DNA of 64,000 nt from Haliotis rufescens (taxonomy: Eukaryota). The translations under genes and the position numbers were made by a program. This document shows, piece after piece, positions 54,486 through 64,000 of the stretch. Numbering within the stretch: position 1 is the stretch's first letter; each line of letters begins with the position of its first letter. The stretch is taken from NCBI RefSeq assembly GCF_023055435.1, contig NW_025964112.1, positions 63,984,001-64,048,000 of the forward strand, written 5' to 3'. The notes beneath the pieces were generated by a model, which did not search any database, had not been told where the DNA came from, and saw only the letters and a list, made by a program, of their open reading frames with translations.

Positions 54486-55196
54486 AACCCTCAAATGTGA
54501 AGGTTTTCTGACGTCACCGTATCCATGCGTGGGAAGTCACCGCTAGCAACATGTGATGAGAAGTTTAGTGATTATTCAATGACATAGGAACACATTAAAT
54601 TCTCCCAAGCCAAAGCAATTATCAACCTAGATCTCCTGTCCTGTGTGTGGTGTATTGTACTGACGGTCGACTGCTCAATGTCGGTAACTGTATTCCTCTC
54701 GTTACCATGGTAACTGATGTCTGATTATGGTGACAGCATCTAAAATCATTATATTTGTTGCCATGGAGATTCCCATGTCTATGTTTTGCGTTACTTCAGA
54801 TTTTTCTGTGTAGCCAGGTACTGAGTGAAGTCTGGGCCGACTATTTTTTCCACAGGTCTTGAATATTTTCGACTTGTCTTGCCATTTCAAGCCTCAACTT
54901 TTAATCAATCAATTCAGTATGGTGACCCCATGTGTCCAAACAACTGAGTTCTTTCTGTGATACGCAATTTTCTACACTTTATACTGTTTTATTATTATTA
55001 TTTGTATTGTTATTTATTAAACGAGATCCACCACCTAGGTATTGCTGGTGAAGGGGTGTTTCTCTCATTCCAAGATCATCCATTTGTATATGTTACTGAA
55101 CAAAATAAAAACGATTTTAAGTGTTTTTGTTTTAAGTCTGTTGTGCGTCCTAGTATTACAGTATGATAGATATTCCGCACTATTGATTTCGCGAAT

Positions 55197-55895
55197 ATAT
55201 CACGTCAGAACAGTTGGATGCTTAAAGGTCGACAACACAACCAGATCACGTTGTGAATGCGTAAGATGAATACATGACTAGATCAGGTCAGAACAGTTGA
55301 ATGCGTAAGTTGAATACATGACTAGATCAGGTCAGAACAGTTGAATGCGTAAGATGATTACATGACTAGAACAGGTCAGAACAGTTGAATGCGTAAGTTG
55401 AATACACGCCTTGATCACGTAGCAATAGTTGGCTGCGTAACTACGACTGGATCAGGTCAGAACAGTTGGATGTGTACGTTTAATACACGATTAGATCACG
55501 CCAGAACAGCTGAATGCATAATTTGAATAGATCAGATCACGCTAGAACAGATGGATGTATGACTGACTAGATCACGTCAGAACAGTTGGATGCGTAAGTT
55601 GAAAACACGACTAGATCACGTCAGAACAGTGGAATGGGTAAGTTGAATACATGACTAGATCAGGTTAGAACAGATTGATGCGTAAGTTGAATACATGACT
55701 AGATCACGTAAGAACAGTGGAATGGGTAAGTTGAATACATGACTATATCACGTCAGAACAGATTGATGCGTAAGTTGAATACATGACTAGATCACGTGAG
55801 AACAGTTGAATGGGTAAGTTGAATACATGACTATATCACGTCAGAACAGTTGGATGCGTAAGTTGAATACGTGACTATATCACGTCAGAACAGTT
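55197..55895. repeat. 44-bp minisatellite (about 16 copies)
   Basis: Unit tagatcacgtcagaacagttggatgcgtaagttgaatacatgac. Confidence 0.92.
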
Positions 55896-57755
55896 GTCCT
55901 CGATTGTGTGATGTATGTTATCGTCGATTGTATGGTGTACGTTGTCCTCGATTGTGTGATGTATGTTGTCCTCGATTGTGTGATGTATGTTGTCATCGAA
56001 TGTATGATGTATTTTCATCGATTATGTGATGAATGTTGTCATCGATATGTTGTCATCGACTGCACGGTGACTGATGTCATCGACTGCACGGTGATTGATG
56101 TCATTGACTTCACGGTGATTGATGTCATCGACTGCACGGTGATTGATGTCATCGACTGCACGGTGATGGATGTCATCGACTGCACGGTGATTGATGTCAT
56201 CGACTGCACGGTGATTGATGTCATCGACTGCACGGTGATTGATGTCATCGACTGCACGGCGATTGATGTCATCGACTTCACGGTGATTGATGTCATTGAC
56301 TGCACGGTGATTGGTGTCATCGACTGCATGGTGATTGATGTCATCGACTTCACGGTGATTGATGTCATTGACTGCACGGTGATTGGTGTCATCGACTGCA
56401 CGGTGATTGATGTCATCGACTGCACGGCGATTGATGTCATCGACTGCACGGTGATTGATGTCATCGACTGCATGGTGATTGATGTCATCGACTGCACGGC
56501 GATTGATGTCACGGTGATTGATGTCATTGACTGCACGGTGATTGATGTCATTGACTGCACGGTGATTGATGTCATTGACTGCACGGTGATTGATGTCATC
56601 GACTGCCAATGATTGATGTCATTGACTGCATGTTGATTGATGTCACTGACTGCACGGTGACTGATGTCACTGACTGCACGCTGACTGATGTCATCGACTG
56701 CACGGTGATTGATGTCATCGACTGCACGGTGACTAATGTCATCGACTGCACGGTGATTGATGTCATCGACTGCACGGTGATTGATGTCATCGACTTCACG
56801 GTGATTGATGTCATCGACTGCACGGTCACTAATGTCATTGACTGCACGGTGATTGATGTCATTGACTGCACGGTGATTGATGTCACTGACTGCACGGTGA
56901 CTAATGTCATCGACTGCACGGTGATTGATGTCACTGACTGCACGGTGACTGATGTCATCGACTTCACGGTGATTGATGTCATTGACTGCACGGTGATTGA
57001 TGTCATCGACTGCACGGTGACTAATGTCATCGACTGCACGGTGATTGATGTCATCGACTGCACGGTGATTAATGTCATCGACTTCACGGTGATTGATGTC
57101 ATCGACTGCACGGTGACTAATGTCATCGACTGCACGGTGATTGATGTCATCGACTGCACGGTGATTGATGTCACTGACTGCACGGTGACTAATGTCATCG
57201 ACTGCACGGTGATTGATGTCATCGACTGCACGGTGATTGATGTCATCGACTTCACGGTGATTGATGTCATTGACTGCACGGTGATTGGTGTCATCGACTG
57301 CATGGTGATTGATGTCATCGACTGCACGGTGATTGATGTCATCGACTGCACGGTGATTGATGTCATCGACTGCACGGTGATTGATGTCATCGACTGCACG
57401 GTGACTAATGTCATCGACTGCACGGTGATTGATGTCATCGACTGCACGGTGATTGATGTCATCGACTTCACGGTGATTGATGTCATCGACTGCACGGTGA
57501 CTAATGTCATCGACTGCACGGTGATTGATGTCATCGACTGCACGGTGATTGATGTCACTGACTGCACGGTGACTAATGTCATCGACTGCACGGTGATTGA
57601 TGTCATCGACTGCACGGTGATTGATGTCATCGACTTCACGGTGATTGATGTCATTGACTGCACGGTGATTGGTGTCATCGACTGCATGGTGATTGATGTC
57701 ATCGACTGCACGGTGATTGGTGTCATCGACTTCACGGTGATTGATGTCATCGAGT
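55893..57755. repeat. 24-bp minisatellite (about 77 copies)
   Basis: Unit gatgtcatcgactgcacggtgatt; divergent gttgtcctcgattgtgtgatgtat units at the left edge; 384-bp higher-order duplication. Confidence 0.97.
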
Positions 57756-59041
57756 GCGTGCGTGATGCAAGATACAGAAACACATGCATGATGCTGTGTG
57801 ACGGTATTCAAAATGCAGGTCAAGACGTGGACACAGACAACTGATACCATCAACTGCTACCTGTGAAATACCTGTCCCTTCGCCTGCTCCCGTCGCACGT
57901 TTCCCCTGCCTTCTGTCCACACCGGTGCCGTGACTTCAGCGGCGTCAGACCACAGCAGATGACACAAGGCAGGATGTGTGGGCATGTCCGCTACACGGTG
58001 GGCGGGAGATGTGCCTACAACGGCCACGTCGGGCTCTGGGGAAATGTCGAAAGGGAAAACTAAAAAATACGTGGTTGTTTTTTCAAAAAACATTCATCGA
58101 CCTGGTTGTTAGAGAAAGCTTCAGGCTATTGTAGTGTATTATGCAGCACGGGTTAGGGTGTTTCGGGTACAGGCAAATCACGATCCTTTGTGGGAGAATG
58201 TGACACTGAGGTACGAACACATTTGGCAGCAGTTCAACTTGGCCAAGAGTAGATTCGCCTCGCCACCATATCATATATCCGTGTTTAGGACATCAATGTT
58301 TTTTATGTTTTTTGCATCTCCAATCTCAACCAACAACAGAGCGGCCGGGCGGAATAAAATAAAAACTGTTTTTCATTAATTGTCTAACTTAGTTTATGAC
58401 ATTTTAAAATTTAAGACACATAGACGCAGTCTTTAAATTACTTTATGACGTAAATCGAGTCGCTTTGGTCCGGAAACGAATGTTTGATAAAATTGCTGAA
58501 GAAAGATAAAGCTGGTCTGTTTTTTGTATGAGTGTGCATAGGTAGTAGCATTTCTTTTTTATCAGATCAGGGCATAATTTTTCACATCAGCGGGAACAAT
58601 TGAGATACGAAGACTTTAAATAATTTTATGTTGGAATGAGCATTCGGGGCGGGCGAGAGATGGGAAACTCAGAAAAAACCGACCAGCCTTAGATTGTATG
58701 CCTAATGCCTAGCTCCCCCAAAATAGCTATGTACTTTGGACTTGGGTCTACAGGCTGAATGAAACATTATTACCGTACAGATATACTACAGTGGCTGGAG
58801 GGTTAGCACAGTGGATGATGGGTCCACTCGTACCCGGGTTCTATTAAATATGTCTCCTGTTGTGATGTTTCCAAGATGTAACTTAACTGCCGGGCAAAAG
58901 AAAGAACGTATACACCCATGTTTGATGGTGGCTAAGAGTGAAGCAAACAAGAAATGGTAATTCGACGATGAAGTTTTTGATACGGGTATCATAGATTTGT
59001 TTTGGACCTTACGTTTGCAGTTTGTTTTCAGCCTAGTAACG

Positions 59042-59420
59042 GGTCTGACCGCCTCACTGGTCTGACCGCCACCCTGGTCTGACCGCCTCACTGGTCTGAC
59101 CGCCTCACTGCTCTGACCGCCTCACTGGTCTGACCGCCTCACTGGTTTGACCGCCTCACTGGTTTGACCGCCTCACTGGTCTGACCGCCTCACTGGTCTG
59201 GCCGCCACCCTGGTCTGACCGCCTCCCTGGTCTGACCGCCACCCTGGTCTGACCGCCACCCTGGTTTGACCGCCATCCTGGTCTGACCGCCTCACTGGTC
59301 TGACCGCCTCACTGGTCTGACCGCCTCACTGGTCGGGCAGCCACCCTGGTCTGACCGCCTCACTGGTCTGACCGCCTCACTGGTCTGACCGCCACCCTGG
59401 TCTGACCGCCTCCCTGGTCT
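59042..59420 (+). repeat. 17-bp minisatellite (about 22 copies) derived from the 5' end of the adjacent SINE
   Basis: Unit gaccgcctcactggtct versus SINE start gaccgcctccctggtct at 59404. Confidence 0.93.
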
Positions 59421-59703
59421 AGTGGTAGAACGTCCGCCCGGAGAGTGGAAGATAGGTGGTTCGGCCGCGTCACACCAAGAGACGTTAAAAGATGGTACGT
59501 GTTGCTTCCTTGCCTGACGCACGGCATTAAGGGGCTAAAACAAGGACTGTCAGTTTACTGTGTCTGAGTGGGGTATTCATGTTAAACTACGGCATGGTAT
59601 CTCAGTGGGCTAGCACTATAAAATCGTCATTAGTCCAGACGTCGCTAAAAAGTGCAACAATCTTGAACACGACGTTAAACCCTTTTCCACCTCACCTCAC
59701 TCC
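59404..59703 (+). mobile_element. S4 SINE
   Basis: A box tggtctagtgg, body homologous to 48967-49322, tail cacctcacctcac. Confidence 0.88.
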
Positions 59704-60327
59704 CCACCTAGGTCAAAACATCATCCGGGTCACATAGACCGGCCTTGAACTTCAGCAGACAGCGGCATACACCAGACAACCAGTACAACAAAAATGTGGG
59801 TGATGGTGAACATAAATCTTTACTGGGTACTCCTTACAATTTAAGATAAACCCCAAAGCATCTTTACAGATACTTTTAGGCTTAATGTCATATTTATTTG
59901 TCATGGTAACGGGACGTTGCACAACAAATAAAGAAAACTAAATCAATATTGATGATAAACTAGTAACTCCATACAATATCCAATTAATTCGAGGAACCGT
60001 AGACTGTGGATGCAGACATCTGTCTAATCCGACATTCTGTCTAATCCGTCAAAACGATTTGGTCCCAGGACAGCCCAAGTATTATTTGTATGTGTATAAT
60101 TATTCTGGGTCTTGTTCAAGCGCGTGTCTGTACATATCTGGAAAAGAAATAATTGAAAAAATGTTTTCTATTTGTTTCGCGATATGTTTGACCTGGGCCT
60201 TATTGAATTGGTTGTTTTCTTATCTAATCAAACCACGGACTTGTATAGGTCCGTGATCAAACTCACCCGGAAATTGAGACTATCTCACTCTTGTACCTAC
60301 TTAAAGTTTTATATTTACTTCCTGAGT

Positions 60328-60585
60328 TCCCGTGAAGGCCCGGGATAGAACAGGGCTTTAGCAACCTATGCTTGCCGTAAAAAGCGACTATGTTTGTCGC
60401 AAGATACGACTAATGGGATTGGGTGGTCAGGCTCGCTGACTTGATTGATCCGAGTTGCGTGTATCGATGCCCATGATGTCAGTCACTGGATTGTCTGGTC
60501 CAGACTTGATTATTTACAGACCGCCGTCATATAGCTGGAATATTGCTGAGTGCGGCGTTAAACAACAAACAAGCAAAACAAACAA
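60328..60585 (+). mobile_element. S2 retroposon (full length)
   Basis: cccgtgaaggcccggg...gagtgcggcgttaaacaacaaac. Confidence 0.87.
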
Positions 60586-60972
60586 GAGTATCAGTTTCGC
60601 GTGCCGAGCAAGCACCTGCCCTCTCTAGGCACCGGCCAGAGACACATACTGGGGAGTGGAGCTGAGCACTTTGGAAAACAGTTTTAATTTATCATTTGCT
60701 ATATCAGGTTAAGAGCGTGGGTCAACGTACGTTTTTCTGTTTTTGTGACTGAAGTCTTGAAATACATCCCGCTGTTCGCTGTAACGGCAGGTAGAACAAT
60801 GACAGCGTGTACACAGTCGAGTCTGAATGCGTGGAGAGCGGCTTTACCTTTCCATGTCGGTGTTAGGCAGTGACACAGCATACAGACTACGAATAACGGT
60901 ACTCTAGTATGTCGGTGACTAGTCAGGACAATCAGCTGTATCAACTGGATACGTAGTTGTGTCGTTGTTTTC

Positions 60973-62376
60973 TCAGTGCTGTGGAGGCAGAAAGGTTGCA
61001 GCGTCCTGATACAGGTCAGTTTGAGCCGCGCGTAGGACGCACATACAAGTACACTGGCGGTTGTTGTTGATAGTAAGCGGCACAGTGGGGCAGTGGTAAC
61101 TGTTAGCCTGGTTCTGTTTCCACTGGAGGCCGGCGATCTCCGTACAGGGATCAACACACCCTTAGGAGAAGGAGCCAAGTCATTAAGGTAAGACATCTCA
61201 CTTCATCAATTAGGTGTTATATCAAGATCCACCAATAAGGTAGGATGGCGACGATGCTTGTCGTAACAGGCGACTAACGGGATCGAGTGGTCAGGATCGC
61301 TGACTTGGTTCATGCATGTCATCGTATCCAAATTGTGTAGATCGATACTCATGATGCCAATCACGAGACTGTCTGGTCCAGACTCGATTATTTACAGACC
61401 GCCGTCATATAGCTGGAATATTGCTGAGTGCATAGTAAACCTGTTGCCAGGGAAACTAACTCGTTTTAAAGAAACAATATCGTTGAAGCAGTTGTGCGTC
61501 TCTCTGAGGTAGGTGTAGGTTATTCTATACAGCAATCCATGTCATTGTTTGATAAGATTGAGAACGGTTTAGCTGGTCACACTGAAGGACGTTATCGCCG
61601 ATCTAGCGTTCAATAAACATGTACTAAATACCTCTAGAAAACCTTTACTGTACATTGGCTAATATTGACTGTTACAAGTTTTAGCTGCGATTGCAAACTT
61701 CATGTATATGAATCCGCGAATTATCATAATGTGTAAGACAACGGCCATATTTACGAGGGAGAATTAAGTTTGAATGATACCCCAACCCTTGTTGGTGATA
61801 CTTCTACTGTGTAATAGATTACTGTACACTGTAATATCTCTACCCTAGAGGGACTAGAGGGTTCATTGTGGAGAGTTGAGTCCATTCGGCTTGTCAGAAA
61901 CATATGATCGTTGGTTCGAATCCCCCCATATGCACCCTGATTATGTTCTAGGTTATCAGCACCATGTGGGGGCACGGGTGGCCCAATCGTCTAAGGCGCC
62001 GCAAGTCGCTGTGCAGAGTTGCTTCCCTTGGGTACGCCAGAAACCTATGATTGTGTGTTCGAATCCCGGTTCGCCCCGATTATGTTCCTAGGTTTGTAGC
62101 ACCATACCCGTGCTCGTGGGTTTCACCTAAGGGGTAAACGTCTGAGACCTGCATCACTTCGGGCTTTCCTCCTACATCAAGCTGACACAACACGATTTAA
62201 CTGGAATAATGTTAAAAGCTGCGTTAAAACCAACTCACTCACTCACTCAATCACTCAGCACCATGTCCGTGCGGGAGGTTTTCACTAAACTGGTAAACGT
62301 CTTACACCTGTATTACTCCCTCACTCACGACTGCGGTAGTTACCTTCCCGCCGTTTGTTAAATATCTCCCGCAATC
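60973..62376 (-). CDS. Candidate exons of an unrecognised Cys-rich protein (5' end unresolved)
   Basis: Phase-compatible exons 62376-62344, 61844-61781, 61160-60973 give DCGRYLTNGGK/GRDITVYSNLLHSRSITNKGW/GCVDPCTEIAGLQWKQNQANSYHCPTVPLTINNNRQCTCMCVLRAAQTDLYQDAATFLPPQH*; no homology recognised. Confidence 0.3.
61250..61440 (+). mobile_element. 5'-truncated S2 retroposon
   Basis: atgcttgtcgtaacaggcgactaacgggatc...ctggaatattgctgagtgc. Confidence 0.82.
61968..62254 (+). mobile_element. Young S1 SINE inserted into an older copy of the same family (about 61870-62330)
   Basis: 12-bp TSD tcagcaccatgt (61956-61967 / 62255-62266); flanks are the two halves of a degenerate S1; intact B box gttcgaatcc. 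Confidence 0.85.
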
Positions 62377-63097
62377 CTAGTCAGAGTGATGACGCTTTGA
62401 CCGACATGTGGCCGAGAAGATAAATATATAACCGCTATCTATATAGATTGTCGTGTAGTTAATACCATTCATTCAAAAACAAACAGCCACACATACCACA
62501 CATACGTCACACACATAATGTACATACAGACACATGTACACATCATACACCTGTTCACATACACCAACACACAGAGACCCCAGGCGACTGTCTGCTGATA
62601 GGGTGAGCTGTCCAAATTACATGACAAGTACAAGGCCTCGCTCGCTTAAAGGTCACAGATCAGGGATATGTCATGACTTTGTTTGACACATCTACATGTT
62701 CTGTCCCCATCTACGCACAGTATATACGTGGTGACATTCAACAACGCTTCCATACAGTAGATAAGCGTCATGTGCAACACATCTGAGGACACACACGCTG
62801 GATAAGAGGTAATATAGACCGCTATTTGTAGAGGTATTGTCATGTCTGTTGCAGCGCTAGTTTCCGGGAGTTGAAAGGCGGGAGTACATCTCGACGGCTT
62901 CATCGTGAACGAGGCTGTTTTGTGTCACGTCGCCTGCCGGGAGCCGAGCCGGGGGGCAGACGGTCATGTTTCAGTAAACCACGTTGACATTTTGTGACGA
63001 CTATCTACACAAACAAAAGTAAATGTTAATTGAAAGAGTTTAATCTTTTCAGGGTTGAAAAAAGGTACACCATCACCTCCAAGAGCCAGCTCTCAAG

Positions 63098-64000
63098 ATG
63101 GCGGCCATGATACCTACATCCATGGCAATACTCTTGGTGTCGTCTGCTTCGGCCCTAACGGAGATAGTGCAGACCAAATATGGACGCTATAATGGTTTTA
63201 TAGAAGAAATGGAGGACGGAAATATAACTAAGTTTCTAGGAATACCTTATGCCAAACCTCCTACCGGGGGCAGACGATTCAGGGCCCCCGAGGCTCTCGC
63301 TGAACAGGAAAACATCACTGTCGAAGCTGTTCAGTTCAAACCGGCGTGTCCGCAAAATGAAGCCATATTCAGGAATATTTACGCCCCTCATTTGGAGAAT
63401 AAAACCATGAGTGAGGATTGTCTGTACCTGAACGTATATGTTCCAGGCACTGTGGACCGGACGAGGCAAGAACTACTGGCTGTGATGGTCTGGATTCATA
63501 GCGGAGCGTTTCAGTTCGGAGCTGGATCTCTTCACGACGGTTCTCGACTTGCACTAACTGGGGATGTGATCGTCGTCACCATTAACTACAGACTCGGGTT
63601 ACTTGGTTTCCTAGGAACTGAGGATATAGTTGCTAGGGGCAACTGGGGATTGATGGATCAGACGAAAGCTTTAGAGTGGGTGCAGGTAAACATAGAACAT
63701 TTCGGCGGCAACCCAGGCAATGTGACCCTGTTTGGCGAATCCTCCGGCGCGTACAGTGTAGGACTTCACATTCTTAGTCCGCTCTCCCATGGTCTCTTCA
63801 ATCGTGCCATATCGCAGAGCGGTTCTGCCATTATGAACGGTTTGAACAGACGGCCTCGAGAACGAGTCGTCAAAGTCGCCCAGTACCTCAATTGTTCCAA
63901 TGGGAACTACCCCCAGTCAACCCTCAGTCTGGTCACGTGTCTCCGGCACGCAGACGTGAACGTCCTCGTCAAAGCAGACGGAAGCATCGCGTCATCAATA
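63098..64000 (+). CDS. Type-B carboxylesterase / cholinesterase-family protein with signal peptide, 5' part (301 codons, no stop in window)
   Basis: Translated by hand (absent from the ORF track because it has no stop): MAAMIPTSMAILLVSSASA, FLGIPYAKPP, PACPQ, SEDCLYLNVY, VMVWIHSGAF, NYRLGLLGFL, GNWGLMDQ, FGGNPGNVTLFGESSG, FNRAISQSG. Confidence 0.95.
   Translation, partial: MAAMIPTSMAILLVSSASALTEIVQTKYGRYNGFIEEMEDGNITKFLGIPYAKPPTGGRRFRAPEALAEQENITVEAVQFKPACPQNEAIFRNIYAPHLENKTMSEDCLYLNVYVPGTVDRTRQELLAVMVWIHSGAFQFGAGSLHDGSRLALTGDVIVVTINYRLGLLGFLGTEDIVARGNWGLMDQTKALEWVQVNIEHFGGNPGNVTLFGESSGAYSVGLHILSPLSHGLFNRAISQSGSAIMNGLNRRPRERVVKVAQYLNCSNGNYPQSTLSLVTCLRHADVNVLVKADGSIASSI

Noticed and set aside
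55908-57853. Long ORFs on both strands, (AVDDINHR)n, (QSMTSITV)n, (VIDVIDCT)n, as a possible Asp-rich shell-matrix protein
   Set aside because: A 24-bp unit is stop-free in three frames by construction; variants show no obvious synonymous bias, and a frame-breaking unit lies near 56607

Overview
Intron-rich animal genomic DNA. The repeat types suggest a lophotrochozoan such as a gastropod mollusc, but this is inference only. Genes reconstructed by hand from GT-AG splice sites and exon phases: the 5' end of a PPIG-type cyclophilin (-, runs off the left edge) head-to-head with a complete 12-exon ANKMY2 (+, 3727-19584); a complete 8-exon CDK2 (+, 27302-34478); an unrecognised 5-exon 314-aa coiled-coil gene (-, 39555-43802); an unrecognised small Cys-rich protein with a Lys/Gly tail (+, about 50172-54485); a low-confidence Cys-rich gene (-, about 57850-62700); and the first 301 codons of a type-B carboxylesterase (+, 63098 to the right edge). 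ANKMY2 intron 3 holds a full-length, young DIRS1-type tyrosine-recombinase retrotransposon (8064-14095) with ITRs, ICR and only two visible point lesions. The window also has four SINE-like families, several MITE families with TSDs, two Helentron/DINE-1-like elements and about ten minisatellites. The most unusual pattern is that four unrelated minisatellites in two genes are amplified copies of a real splice junction (two acceptors, two donors), producing arrays of out-of-frame decoy splice sites. A fifth array is the amplified 5' end of a SINE. The two ANKMY2 arrays also multiply RFX X-box-like motifs. No database search or computation was run, and repeat copy numbers are approximate.
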